Positions 25,316-39,133 are shown, counted from the stretch's first letter. The stretch: DNA of 64,000 bases from Rhodosorus marinus CCMP1338 (GCA_029953675.1 JAMWBK010000005.1:2604001-2668000); one strand, 5' to 3'. Program-made: numbers and translations. The notes: a model not told the origin generated them from the sequence alone.

Positions 25316-25325
25316 GTTTATATAG
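25316..25325 (-). promoter_or_regulatory. TATA-like box, paralogue D
   Basis: CTATATAAAC about 155 nt upstream of the ATG. Confidence 0.55.
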
Positions 25326-28300
25326 ACTGACTCGTAAGGTGGACTCTAGGTGCGAAGAGCAGGCGGCGGATGGACGAATCGATTGTTGTGGACACGAGAA
25401 AAAGCAAAAGGCTACTGAAGGAGACCCCCCACCTTGACCCAAGCGCAGAATTTGCAGGCTCCTTTCCACAGTAGCTACATCCCAAAGCCACCTTTTTCCG
25501 TGACCTTTTCTCTGCACAAATCGCATTGCAAACATGCTTTTTCTCTTTCAGGCCAAAGAACGGTGGTGTTGGTAGTGGCCCATCGAATAACCTTTCTAAA
25601 GGGTTGAAGATTCACATTCGGGGCTTCCCTCAGCCCGTCAATCCGCGCTCCTCAAACTTAACCTCCTTCTCCAACACCTCTCACATCAAAGAAAATTCAT
25701 CAAACAAATCCTACGATTTGATAATCCCGGAGAAAAAAAACGACGATGCGGACTTGTGAGAAGAAATTCCTTTGGACTTCTAGTCAATCCAAAGATCCTA
25801 ATATCACTACGGTTTCTCCCTTTTACTCCCCCAGGACTCGTCCAGGACTCTTCGCCTTTCAACCCACAGTATTGCCCAAGTCGTTCCGACACCCCGCTCC
25901 CCATTGAAAACACGCAGTGTCAGGAAAAAAACAAAAAGATGAAAATAATTAGTCCCTTTTTTTTCCTTTTTCTCAAGATCCTTGTAGATCTGAACGGAAA
26001 AATTTCAACGAAGGCTCTCAATGCGACAACTTGAATACACAAAAACTTCGACCATTCTGGCCAATATTATTAATGTATTGAAAACATCAGCAAAAAGAGT
26101 CCTCGACAATGAACAACCCCCCTCCAAACCATGAACGAAGAATTACAACACTACACAATTACCCCCCTCCCATTTTCAACTAACTACTGTTTATTTTAAG
26201 ATAGGAAAATATTTTAGAACATTACTTGCAAAATCTCTGCTTGTGTTGAACCCATAGCTGAATTGTTTCTGTGGCAATCGGAATTTTTGAATGGGGATGG
26301 GAAGGGGTAACCAAGAGGGATAAAAGTCCTGGCTCAGAATTGTAGCCGTTCATGAAAAAATCGAAACCTGATTGGATTTTTTTTAAGTCACCCAGTTCTT
26401 GATTGGTCTGTTAAATTCTATAGGGACCCAAACAGCTAAATACTTATCATAAAACATGTTTCGTACCCTTCGTTTCGTTTTATCTTTCAAACGATTCTTC
26501 TTTCTTCAGTAATATCATGAAACATCATAATTTCTACTCTTTCTTGTCGCGGTCGTTGAGGAAAACAAGAAAAAAACACAAGGGGGGAGAGAAAATCGAA
26601 TATTAGATCACGTGGCCATAGTTTCAGGGAGCCCGTAGAAGACAATGTCAACAATACGACATTCCTGTCTAAAATATACCAAAAAAGTAGAAATGATTTT
26701 GTTTGGGACGGTGAAATTGGTTGGGGCGGTATGTGGGCGGAATGAAGGCAGGTGAGTGACAGTTTTAGCCTGATCTTCAATACTTGTTTAATAGCGAAGA
26801 GGATGAACAGTGAAGGTAGTGAAGGCTTGCTATGTGCCAATCGTGGGGACTTCTGCAGGCGATGGGCCCCTTTTTCTAAAACGTAGGCGGGGCCAAATCC
26901 CGTAGCAGTGAATGAATCCTTTTTTTGTGGTCGTGCACGGTGCTTGACTTTGCAAATCCCTCAGACATGGCTGTGCAGACACAGCGCTGAGGATGTAATT
27001 GTATAAAGGAGTTTTCGTAGGGTTTCGACGGCCATGGCGTCGAAAACGAGTCGAAAAGAAGGTTTTGTTTTAAGTTTTTGCTTGTACGTCCAGTGGGTGT
27101 TTTCAGTTTTTTTTGAGAGCGTTTTGGCCAGTTTTTTGATCGACAGGGTGTTGTAACAAGAGCAATGACACGTGAGCATTTACGACAATGCCAAACCCGA
27201 CGTTTTGGACTTCTGTACCGGAAAGGCATGGTGATTTTGATAGGGTTTTCCTCGTTCGGGGTTCTACTGAACGGATTGCTACTAGCAGCTGCGCTAAGAA
27301 TTGGAGACTTTAAGCAGAGAATCGTGCATTTCAAGATGGTTTTACAGTTAATTTCTCTTCTTGCTTCGTCCTTTGAACCTCAAAAACTCGACCTTCATGA
27401 GACGCGGTTAACCTTCAGGAGCCTCACTTAAGCAGCCGTTTCAAATTGTTTGCTCTGTACGACGGACGTGAGGTGCTCTTCTCTGCCTGTAAAATTGAGA
27501 GGGCCACAAAAGAACGTCGATAGTTGACGCCAAGTCAAGCAAGTGGCATCAGTTACGACAAATGAGCGGTTCTGATTGGCGTTTGTCATGCATGGTCTCA
27601 CGCATCTTTAAACACATGGAATGCATATTGGGACACGGCAATGTTTCTGTCCACAGATCAAGAGAATTATCGAGTTGCAAACGGTTTCACATGTGGGCAG
27701 CGTGCGGGCAACATGCACAATTCACCTTTTAAGAACGCTTTCTTCGACTTTCCCAGGGCCATCCGTGACTTAGACGTTGGGGCGGGAAAGCGAAACCCCT
27801 TAGGCAGTTCCACACGCGCCAAATGATTGGCTTCATCTCGTCGTCTGGGTTCTGATAGTTTCTGAAGTTATTGGAGAACGTGGAAATCCGGGCGTAGGCT
27901 ATTCGGCTGCCTCCGCAAGGAGCCTGAATTCTTCACGGAATTCTTCTCAGATAGACTCGACGTAAAGCCTGATCATATCTAGGAAATTCTATCAAATTCT
28001 GGTGGAGTTTGCCTACTGATTTCCAGAGCGAAATGCATTAATTCGTCAGCATGTGGGGGGGGACGTCTCGCCCATATCTAGCGGGTATTGAGCATTGTAC
28101 ATCCTATTACTACCCGAAGCGAATGTTTTCCGAAGACACCAGGATACGTCGAAACCGGTCTAGAGTCAGTTCTGGTTGATGACCGCCGAATATGCACAAG
28201 GGGTTTTGGGACGATTGTAGTATGGCAACGAACCTTTTTCCGGAGCTGGAGTAGCGACACAGGTGCAGCAACCGTAGTCGAACAAAGCGGGAAGATGGGA

Positions 28301-29524
28301 GAATCCAATATGCATGGGGTCAAGGACTTCGTTCTACCCAGACGACTGTGATCCCAGTTTGCAGAAGTAGGTGACAGAGGTACGGCAATTTGGCCAGGCG
28401 GAGTCGTCAATCCGTCGTCCGGAGCGAACATGAGGGTCGATTCCGTCGAGAGTCTGAGTTGTGGGGCAACGTAGCGAGCGGCGCGGGAAGGAGAAACGTG
28501 TGTACACTAGCACTTCGAAGTGGCTGAAGCGGAGACTCGTTTGGGACGGACGCATCGCCGGATCAGGCTGGTCAGCATTATCAGCAAGTTCTTTCCGGGC
28601 CCAAGTAGCGAGCGAGGATACTAGACGCTCCAAGCTTGACTATCAGGTGGTCTTGTGCACGTAAGCTCCCAGTCACTGGGAATTGATTCAGGACTGCAAA
28701 AGGAGTTTTCAACTTCTGCCATTGAACACAAAGTCCTGTTTACGGGTGAAAAAAGCCTGATGCGGCTCAACAAGTACTACCTTTCGTCACTTCTAGTTCG
28801 AGATCTTGTAGGGGATACTGTATTTTCGCTCGGTTTAACATATTCAGAGCTCCGGACCTGCCCTCATCCAAACCTCGCACCATGACCCCACACCGACTCA
28901 TCGTCAGAGACCAGTTCTTGAGCTTGGAAAATGATTGATACTATTGACTGAAGTCAATAATATCAAACATTTTCCATAGTGAAGTGACACATCTCGGAAA
29001 TCTATCCCGTTCCGAAAAACTAGCACAGTATTACTTTGCAAGAGCACATAAAACACCCTAAAACTACTGTTTTAGTAATCGATTTACTAGCCGTTAAATA
29101 ATAATACCTCCTTTTTGTAGATATGGAAGTAAATTGTTTGCTCTAGAGAGAAACTTTTGCGTATGAGATGATGTTCACTATTAGGTGCTGATAACTCGAT
29201 GCATATATATCGGAACGGAAGTGGACCGCTTGCGGTGGAAAAAAATGGGGTTTTGTTTGGAGTTTGGGGTTTGTTTTTTTTTCGTCGAGCTCAGCTGACG
29301 GTGTTGTTGGAAATGGTTCCGTTGGACCGGGGGGCTTTAGGTACCTGAGCATCTTTGGAAGGGCAAGGTTAGAAGGGGAGGAGTGCAACGATTGAAGGTG
29401 TGTGTTTTTCAGTACGAGAGCCAGTCCTGAGCTTTAGACCTGTTTTGTGTTGGAGGAGGCACTCTGTTTGCTTAGTTATATTGGAAATCTGGTCGCTGGG
29501 CCTTTTTATTGTTTACATGCGCAG

Positions 29525-30144
29525 ATGAAAGTTCCAAGTTTTGTCAATGTTGGAGTGTGGGGGGCGAATCGAGGTGTTCAAGCTCGGGGGACGAATCGAC
29601 ATGTTGGGGCCCGGGAGGTGATTGACCATGAATTGCTCAGGGTTAAGACCCCGCGTGCTAGCGAGGAAGCGGTGGATACCCACATAGCTGCTGAGGAGCC
29701 GCTGATATCTGTTGCGGTGAATGCTAATGCTGCAACAGCAAGGCCCTTGGAAGGTGTACCGCTGTACTCTACGTTTGCGAGGAACGTTTTTGTGTCATTT
29801 GCACTATCTATTCCGCTGTTGTTCGTGGAGATCTTCCTCGCTCTCGCTGTGTTCAGCATGGGCTCACTGTACTGTACAGCAGCTCTGCTTCACCCCAGAG
29901 GTGCAGATGCTATTGGTAAGAACCGGCTACTTGCTTTGAATAGTCAGTTTCGAACACACGGCCGCAAGTCGACTTATTCTTTTCTTCCTCCGGACTTGCA
30001 GTGAACAAGCTTAGGGAAACAATACGCGTGGCTCGACAAAGCCTCGTAAGGGCTCTCAAGAGGCGAACGAGGCTGATCAGAAGAAGAATACGAGAGCTGC
30101 TTGCCGATGATGACGAAGATGACGCAATTAATACTGATGCGTGA
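29525..30144 (+). CDS. Small unknown membrane protein, 2 exons (intron 29916-30001)
   Basis: Hydrophobic stretch VFVSFALSIPLLFVEIFLALAVFSMGSLY. A GTAAG..CAG intron joins in frame to a basic/acidic tail (VNKLRETIRVARQSL...DDDEDDAINTDA*). The 5' end is uncertain. Confidence 0.6.
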
Positions 30145-30412
30145 GCGGTCAATGTCTTGCGCGGGTGTTCTCGCCAAGTATTGCTTGCCAAAACGCCGCT
30201 GCGTTCAAGCTTCTTTTCTTCTCTCCTGGTTCATATGATATCTATTCTGAAGACAACGCATATCGACGAAGAGCGAACTCACCCTTTCGCAGTCGATGGA
30301 CGTGATGGCACTGTTCATGTAAAACCATTACCCTCTCCTTTCCGTTCAGAGGGAGCAAACAAAACTTGTCGCGGTACAAAATTTGCTTTCATTCTCTTGT
30401 TAATAAGATTTC

Positions 30413-33400
30413 CTAGTTGTTTTGTTTTGGTAGTGCTCGCCGCTCAAGTTCATTCAATGCCCTGCTCGGAGCCCAGTATATGCAAAAGGCGAAGAATCGC
30501 AGGGCTGCACCTGCCGTGGTGGATGTTTCGTTTGGTTCTGCTGAGAATAAGTACCTCAGCGTACCCTCTTTGCAACTCACTAGTTTCCTCCGCGAACCAC
30601 TTTTCAGAATACTCCGGACAAAACTTGGATTGGAGTTTGTCAACGGCGTCCTGTACACTGCCAACGATAAAGAACGATGTCGATCCATCTTGCTGCTCCT
30701 AGCAAGGGGAAGGGACGCACGAAAATGTTGGTACTTTTAGCACTTCTCTCTGCATCTGGAAAAAAAAAACCGATGGTGCAAATCGCGCTATACTTACAGC
30801 CAGGTGCTGTGACACTTTCTCGAAGTGGCTTCCCATCAACATTTCACCAATATAGACACCTGTTCTAGCGTGAACGTTTGTCACCTTCCGCATTTGTCTA
30901 TCAATCATCCCCACCGGTACAATACTCTCCAGAGCGAAGCGTTTATCTCTCGAAGACGCATTATTCAGGTCCCCTTTCAGACGAAAAAGAACGCTCCGCT
31001 TACCAGGGATGCTACCGGACAGCACCGCCTTGACCAACTCCGCATCTACCTCCAGGTCGCCAGCGAACACTACGTTCTGATAGGCCGAATCGGAAGCCAA
31101 ACACAATTCCATACCCGTACGGCAGGAGAGTTTCTTCACCGAGAAGAAAATGTTTTTGTTGCTCATCTCAATAGAACTCTCCGCAAGATCAAACACGCTG
31201 CCTGGAGTTTCGGGTCGACCATGGCTATCAAGCACCTGCTCGTCAAAATCCCAGCTTATGAACAGCGGCTTGGTGTACTTTACAGAGAGTGCCAGCACAC
31301 TACTCAGCGCCAACATTCGCTCCTCAGCAGAGCCACAGAGCTCCGCAAAAATAAAGCCCCCGTTCTTCGTCCAGTCATCAAAACTTCCCAAGCGATCGAT
31401 TGATGAGAGCAACTCTCCCGGATGCACCTCGAGTTCACCTTGAGGGGCAAGACATGCGACGCATACTAGGATTCAGTTCCAAAACGTTTGAGGAGTTGCG
31501 ATATGAAAAATTTTGGTATTCCGAAGCGATGGATACTTTCGCACGATCTACAATGGCTCATGAAGTTAAGCGACGCGATACGATGTTATGGGCTTACCTA
31601 TAACATCCCACGGAACGCTCAATGCGTCGTGCAAAACCCTGCCGTTGGCAAGTCGTTGGGACTCCGCTAGCGTAGACGCAGAGACAGTAGCGGAAAGATC
31701 CTGCGTCCTTGTTGTGAGCTTGACAATCGCCGAACTCGCAGAAGAGTCTTCAATTGCAGCATCCATAATGGACTGTTGATTCGCCCAGGCCTTTGCCCAA
31801 TTCTCTTGGTCCTTGAGTAAAACAGCGTTCAACTTCCAACAAAGGGATGTCCGGTACACATCGGTCAGATTCGGGCCAGTTGTCCGAGGACGCAAATCGG
31901 AGGTAACTTACTTGTGTAGAATACATTCGTTTAGGAACATTCGCATTTCCCGAAGATTGCACATGACGGAGGGTTTCAATGTCCAGTTCCTTAGCCTTCA
32001 GCCCAGCTATATTCTCGAGCCTCATGATGAGCTCAGTGTCCTCGTAGCCGTATGAAGCGATTCGTTCATCGTAGGCGTGAACTGACACAATGCGTTCTCG
32101 CGGAACAAATAGGACGCCTGTCAAGTGCTGCTCGTTTTCAGTCCTGGCCCGCTCGTATGGGATTCGTCCATATGCCCCTTCCTCCGCTGACAGCGTGTTG
32201 ACCTTGAAGAAATCCTTGCTAACGATGGTGTCACAATCGACCTTCAAGACCATGTCCCCAGACGCAAGCCGGAATCCCACATTATACGCTCTCGACAAGA
32301 TCCATTGCGGCTGGTCAATCACGTTCACCAGAAGCACTCTCTGGTCTCTGACGGAATCAACGAACCTCTTTATGGACATCCTCGAGGACCAGTCCACAAG
32401 AACTATCTCATCATCGGGGCCAATCGCGTTCAACCAACTGGGTAGAGACTTGGTCAGAAGTTCCAGTTTGTCTTTACATGCTGTGGTCCCGAAAACCCCA
32501 AGAGAGGAAGTTCAAAAGAGACTGTCTCAGAAAGGCTGATTTCTTCAGGAGTCGAAAGTTTTTCCTCATGCGACCAACCAAGATCCTCTAATGGCTCGAT
32601 GATAGTCATACGGGGGCCCTGTTCATACGATTCACTAGGCTTACCTGCGACGATCGAATACCTCGGAAGTCGATCAGAGCTTCTGACCTTGGAAAGCTCG
32701 TAGTTGCGAAGGCCCTTAAGCGCGGGGATGTTAACGATTGAGTAGCTTCTATAGTTAGGTTGCAGCTGTACAAGAGCCTCTGAAGTCAGTGTGGAGCGAT
32801 TCACAACGTCATATGAGCCGAATCGGACAATTGCTTTCGATTTTTTCATGTTCCATTCCATTCCAGACAGCACCAGGAAGGGCACAAGAAGAAGTAAAAC
32901 AACCAAGTACTTCTCATGTGATCGTTTCCCACCGTTTAGCGTCTTGCGAACGGACGCAAACGTGATTCGCGAACCACGCTTCCCATAATCCATCATTGGG
33001 TTCGACTCCCCAGAGCTTTCTCCAGGTTTTCCTTCCTCCTTTTCCAAATCAAATTCTACACCAGACCTCGTCCTCTGGAAGGGTCTGTACACTGGAGCTG
33101 CTCGCGGTGATCTCGAATACGAACTCGTTTTCGATACCTCCTCATATCCAGATGATTCAGCGGTGCCGCCCCCCGCCGGTGGAACTCCTGGACCATTGGA
33201 TCCCTGATGTCCTGCGAGCGGAGAATAACGGCCTTTCGGTGATCCCATACTCGCGCAGGGACCACCTCCCCCGCCGCCCTTACCACTCAACTCGGAAAAC
33301 GAGCTTCTCCTCTGCAGAGGTGCGCCCTGGCTGCTGTCAAGCCTCGGTTGTCTAGGCGTGCTCCCCCGCCGTTCAATCGTTTTTCCGTGCAAAGCATTAT

Positions 33401-33413
33401 AATAAGAAGACAT
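30413..33413 (-). CDS. Type II membrane glycosyltransferase (GT2/GT7C-like domain plus a C-terminal second domain), multi-exon
   Basis: Ser/Gly-rich N-terminus and one TM (YLVVLLLLVPFLVLSGM). Then EIVLVDWSS, WILSRAYNVGFRLASGDMVLKVDCD (DxD-like) and SYGYEDTEL (GT7C GW/YGxED-like). Further exons run to about 30413. Confidence 0.8.
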
Positions 33414-34348
33414 TGTAAAACCTCTCAGTGAATCCCACAAAAACCCAGGAATTGGTCCAGGGCCTTCACACACAAAACACCACCTTAGACTCGGTCATCG
33501 ACGGTATCGCACCTATGGCACCTATAGCAACTGATCCATCCATAGATGCTTCTGATCCAATATTCCCTCCTCACTACCATCCCAAACCTCCCCCCCTCCC
33601 CTACACCACCATCACCTCCCAATCCTCCCTCGACACACAAACTGCCTCCCCCCCTCCAAAACCCCTTTTGTTTTTTTTGGTTTTTTATTTTCCCCTTCCC
33701 ATTTTCACTTCCTTTCCAAAGGATCGTTTTTAGCGCCTCAATCAGCAGCTAGCCTTCACCAATCAAAAACCCAAAATTCTGATTAAAATATCCCCTCTGT
33801 TCCAGAGTTTTTCAGCTTTCCCACATTTCAGACAAACAGATAAACAAACCCTGCGCCCCCCCTAGTGTAACAAAAGACAAAAAAAAAAAAAAAAAAAAAC
33901 CTCAACGCGCTGGCCAGAAAAAAAGAACCACCTTTCAACAAATTCGCTGGGTGTGTGTTGTGAGATAGGATTAGAAACTATTGATTGGTTGGAAGACGGA
34001 CAGCTGTCACATCAGTAATTTCATGATTACGAAATCTACCATAATATAACCCTATAAATATTTGTTTTATGTATAAATTAGGATAGTGGACTCCCCAAAT
34101 AAAGAAAATCAAGTCGAAATTTAAGATTGCATGGAACTACATTCTTTTTTTTGTTTGAGGGAAGGGGGTGGGCATATATATAGGAATCGACCTCGTGTCC
34201 GGCAATGTGAGACAAAATAGATGCGAAAAATTCCATTCGAAAATTGGGATATGTTGGATGTCATATTTAGTTGATCATTTTTTCGATGGATGAATCTGGT
34301 TGTATTGAAGAAATTTTAGAATTTTGAATACGCAGGTTTGAGGTAGAT

Positions 34349-35040
34349 TTATGAGGAGGGAGAGCGAGTTGGCGGAGCGGGGAACGGTAAGGGTGGGGGA
34401 TGGAGATGCGTTGGATCGCTTTGGCAGATAATTCGATTCTGTTGAAATGTGTTTTTCAGAGGTGGGATATGGGATATATCTGAGTGGCAGAGGATGTCGG
34501 TGAATTCGTCGCAGTAGTCAAACCACAAAGACCAAAAACTTGCGTTGAGTTTTATGCTCCGGCTTTCTAGTTCTGCTAGCGGTCTTGCTCTCAGGGTTTT
34601 TGTCTCTGGATAGACGATGATGAGTAGTGCAACGATGATTGAGTTAAATGTGCTCATTGAAATCAGAAACCCCGCTAGGATAGACGCTTGCTGGCACAGC
34701 ATCACGGAAGTTAGTTTGGTAGGTGGATTTGGTCTATAGGTTACACTCACCGCGATAAACATAGAAGGCCGGCGAAAAACCACTGGTTTCGCCGGACCTT
34801 ATGAGAGCCCTGGACATACGAGGGCTGGCCAGAAGTCCGAGGCTCTCGTATTACCGCAGCTGGGACATCTAGGAAACATCGATCACTGCCTCCCAACCAA
34901 AAAACAACAGGTCAATTGCAACAAAATCCCCCTGTCACCAACGTCATGACCATCGAAAGAACCACCTCCATCGCCCATCATTATACTGAAAGCGGCTGCC
35001 TAGTCACCTCTTCTTCCAAAACCTCTGTTCCTGAAGACAT
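34349..35040 (-). CDS. Possible small spliced membrane-protein gene, unidentified
   Basis: Hydrophobic segment ILAGFLISMSTFNSIIVALLIIVY and a GTGAGT donor near 34750. The exon structure is not resolved. Confidence 0.25.
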
Positions 35041-35604
35041 GAAAACAAAGGTTACGAATACTTAGGGGGTACCAAAATCGAATAGTTCGATATCATAAAG
35101 GCCACTGTTTCTCCCAATACAAAGACAGCCCTCAATTCAAAATAAAACTAACCCCCCCCTTCCCCACTTCAAAAAACGACTGAAGTCAATCCCTACATGA
35201 TAATGATTGAACCAAAGAAACCGCCCTTTTTCGATCCCCAGGAGGCGTTTACTGGATCTTTGGGACAGACTGTCTAGGAGGAGCGTTGCTCCCGAGGTGT
35301 GTTTATAAATGGTCCGATGTTCCCCTTTTTGGCCAGTTTGATTTGTTTTTTGGAAGAAAATTAGCAAGATCTTGATTGTAATATTTTGTTTGGGATCGCC
35401 AGTTTTGGAGGAGACTGGGTGGGGGAGATGAAAGTAAAGGAGAGGGGAAGAGGTGGTGAGGAGGGGGGGAAAGCCGTTGGAGTTTCTTTCCGTGTTTTGC
35501 TCGTTTCAATGAAAACGAGAATTTTTGAATTGAAAGAAGGTTGTCTAGCTGGGATAATTTGAGTGAAAGGGAGTTTTGTTTATTAGTTTTGTTGGGATTG
35601 TGGG

Positions 35605-37452
35605 ATGTTGAGTTCCAAGATGAGCTTGGCTTTTGGCCGGGCTAGTTGGACGAGCGTGAGTCGCGGGGGTTCTTTAAGAGGCCTTGGTATGACTGGAGGT
35701 ACTGTGATACGTTTGTTTTCGTTGGCTTTCGTCTCGTACTTTGCCTTGGTTTGTTTTGACTCAAGAGCTGTCTTTTGTTTTGCTTGTTTCTTCGAATTCA
35801 GTGCGACTTATGTCGACCGATGGTGAGGAATGGCGAGCGTCAAATGCTGAGAAAAGGTACGGAGGGTTAAAGGACGCGGATAGAATCTTCACGAACGCAT
35901 ATGGAGAGTATAGTTACCACATAGACGACGCGATGAAACGTGGAGATTGGTACAGGACGAAGGATATGGTCGTGAAGGGTAATATGCAGCTCTCAGCTTG
36001 TTCGTTCGGGAGGGCGTTTATAAATTTTTCTTTGCTTTTGAAAAGTCCGTTAACGAAGGCCGTGCTTCGTTTGGTGTTCAGGGCGCGATTTCATCATCGA
36101 CTGTATAAAAAGATCTGGGCTCCGTGGCCGTGGAGGAGCCGGATTCCCCTCTGGTTTGAAATACTCGTTTATGCCAAAGGAATCCGCAGATGGCCGACCG
36201 TCATACCTTGTTATCAATGCAGACGAGTCTGAGCCCGGAACTTGCAAAGACAGGGAGATCATGCGTAGTGACCCCCATAAGCTTGTGGAAGGTGCTCTCG
36301 TCGTTGGACGTGGGATGGTGCGTATCAAGATGTTGAAGATTCTTGTGATTGGAAGCGGTGGAGATGACGAGAAGCAAGTTTCTCACGGCAGATTTATCTC
36401 TGTTTTTCGTGAAATCAGGGCGCCCGAGCGGCTTATATTTATATTCGGGGAGAGTTTATCCACGAGCGCAAGTGCTTGGAAATTGCTGTTCAGGAGGCCT
36501 ACGACAAGGGAATGCTCGGGAAGAACGCTTGTAATTCTGGCTACGATTTCGATGTTTACGTGCACTTTGGTGCGGGGGCGTACATTTGCGGGGAAGAAAC
36601 GGCCCTGATCGAATCGCTTGAAGGGAAGCAGGGCAAGCCTAGATTGAAGCCACCTTTCCCTGCGAACATCGGGCTTTACGGATGCCCGACAACGGTTACC
36701 AACGTTGAGACCGTAGCTGTAGTACCAACGATCATCCGGCGAGGCCCTGAATGGTTTGCCGGCTTTGGTCGGAAAAATAACGCGGGTACGAAACTCTTCT
36801 GCGTAAGCGGTCATGTAAACAACCCGTCTACGTTTGAAGAGGAGATGAGCGTGCCGATGAAGGACTTGCTCGAGAAGCATTGCGGAGGTGTTACGGGCGG
36901 TTGGGATAATCTCCTTGCCGTTATTCCTGGTGGATCTTCTGTACCCTTGCTGACAAAGGTAAGCAATAGTTGAGCAATGAGCGCTCAAAAAACTTGGTCG
37001 AAGCAAAGCGTAAAATTGACCGAAACTTTGTTTTGGAATCGCAGGACGTTTGCGACGATGTTATGATGGACTTTGATGCCTTGAAGCAGGTGGGAAGCGG
37101 GTTGGGAACTGCTGCTGTGATTGTAATGGATAAAAGCACGGACATTGTTGCCGCGATCGCAAGGCTCGCTCATTTCTACAAGCACGAGTCTTGTGGACAG
37201 TGCACCCCATGTCGCGAGGGAACTGGTTGGCTGTGGAACATTCTGGAGCGGATGAAGGTCGGAAATGCCCAAAAGCAGGAAATCGATATGCTTTGGGAGA
37301 TAACCAAACAGATTGAAGGGCATACAATTTGCGCGCTCGGAGACGCAGCTGCTTGGCCTGTTCAGGGCTTGATCCGCAACTTCCGTCCGGAGATTGAACG
37401 TCGCATTAACGAGTGTGAAGCAGTTCAAGAAAAGCGAGCTGCAGCTGTGTAA
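35605..37452 (+). CDS. NDUFV1: NADH:ubiquinone oxidoreductase 51-kDa FMN subunit (complex I), multi-exon
   Basis: [83 protein letters not shown]. Confidence 0.97.
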
Positions 37453-38107
37453 GAGGTTTTATGCCACCATCTCTCCGATTTCAATCAGGAAGGCGTCGAA
37501 CGCACACGATCTTCTGACAAGGATCTGCGTTCCTAACTTTGCTCCGAAAACAGCCTGGACTTATTTTAGCCCTGGGCGTTTATGTTTTACAGCTCAATTT
37601 ACGACATTATTGATAGTGGTATTTATGTTTTCAGTAAACAACGTTTAGAATTCTCCCCAGAGTAGCAGGGAACAAACCACACTGTGTCGGAACCAAAAAC
37701 AAAAAACCACGCGGGGGTATTCCTCCGGTTCCATGTGCTTTCAAAGCTTTGAAACAGTTTGGCGCAAATTCCGTCCATTGAGTGGTAGTCACAAAACCTG
37801 TGGATGCATACTCAGCTGTTCTAATTTCTTCACAGCAGTCCCTCTTAGTGTAAGGTTTTAACTCAACTGTTTTTACATCTTCGCAGCGGTCCCTCTTTAA
37901 GGTGGGGTGTCGTCTCCGCCGGTTTCTGCGATCCAAAGCCGGTGGTCGAGGCGTTGTCTTAACAGGACATCAAAGCGGACTTCTCATAGAGCACTATGAA
38001 GGGGAACTGCGTCGAGAACTTGGGATGTTTGGAGATAGTTTCAACTGAACCGTGTCGAGGAATCTATGATCGCCTCCGCTTGGAGGGGATCGATCAGTTG
38101 AGAACGT

Positions 38108-39133
38108 ATGGCAACGCTAAGGGCGAGCTACGATTCTGTTTTGTGTGCAGATACCCTTGAAATTCGGAACAACCGAATCGCAGTTGGCTGTTACGAACTT
38201 GAGAAGCAGGATGAGAGTTCGGGAGCGGGAGGGATGGCCTCTGAACGGCGAAAAGGATGTGTATGGATTTTGGATAAGGAGGACTTGAAACCGCGGACTA
38301 TTTGGAAGCATGAGAGTTCCGGTGTTTTGGATCTTCGGTGGTCTGGAAAAACGGAGGACCTGTTGATTTTGGCTTGTGCTGATGGTTCAGTACGTGTTCT
38401 GCGGCATTCAGAGTTGGCTCTTGAGGAGAAGCACACTCTGCATCTGGAAAACTCGCTCACGCTGTCGGTAGATGTCAACGAGGAAGCTGCCGATGTGGTC
38501 CTCAGCTTCTCCACAGGCTCAGTTCGTGCTCTGGACCTCAACACGCTCAAACCCAAGTGGAAGGCGGAAGATGCGCACAGTTACGAGGCGTGGGTGGTGG
38601 CCTTGGACCCACGGCACGCTCCCATTGCCTTCTCTGGGGGCGATGACGGATGCTTGAAAGTATGGGACCTGCGGTGCTCGGCTGACCTAGGTCCGGTCGC
38701 GGTCAATTCAAAAGCCCATCAAGCATCCGGTGTGATAAGCATACAACCCGATCCTCTCCATAACGAGGGAATCCTAACTGGAGGGTACGACGACCACATC
38801 AGGTTCTTCGATATGAGAAGCCTGAAACGCTCAACGGAACCACCTATACAACTAGAAGGATCCCCCTGGAGGATCAAATACCATCCTGAAGATCCCAGAT
38901 ACATTCTCCTCCCAGCGATGTACGCGGGAGCATACCTACTCAGGCGAGACGATGCTAGGAACGGAGGCAATCAAATCTGCCACTACAGAGGACACCAATC
39001 CATTGCCTACGGGGCATGCTGGATGGATAGTACTGTCGATCCATTGTCAGTTGCTACGTGTTCTTTCTACGATCACGCCGTTCACGTTTGGAGTACAGAG
39101 AACAGAGCAAGTTTGGACAAGGCATCACCTTAG
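38108..39133 (+). CDS. DPH7: Diphthamide biosynthesis WD40 protein (DPH7/WDR85/RRT2), intronless
   Basis: AVGCYEL, GVLDLRW, HSYEAWVVALD..FSGGDDGCLKVWDLR, GVISI..ILTGGYDDHIRFFDMR, WRIKYHP, HQSIAYGACW, ATCSFYDH. Confidence 0.9.
   Translation: MATLRASYDSVLCADTLEIRNNRIAVGCYELEKQDESSGAGGMASERRKGCVWILDKEDLKPRTIWKHESSGVLDLRWSGKTEDLLILACADGSVRVLRHSELALEEKHTLHLENSLTLSVDVNEEAADVVLSFSTGSVRALDLNTLKPKWKAEDAHSYEAWVVALDPRHAPIAFSGGDDGCLKVWDLRCSADLGPVAVNSKAHQASGVISIQPDPLHNEGILTGGYDDHIRFFDMRSLKRSTEPPIQLEGSPWRIKYHPEDPRYILLPAMYAGAYLLRRDDARNGGNQICHYRGHQSIAYGACWMDSTVDPLSVATCSFYDHAVHVWSTENRASLDKASP

Noticed and set aside
33879-33899. A21 tract as a retroposon tail
   Set aside because: No adjacent element body or target-site duplication. 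More likely a promoter poly(dA) tract.
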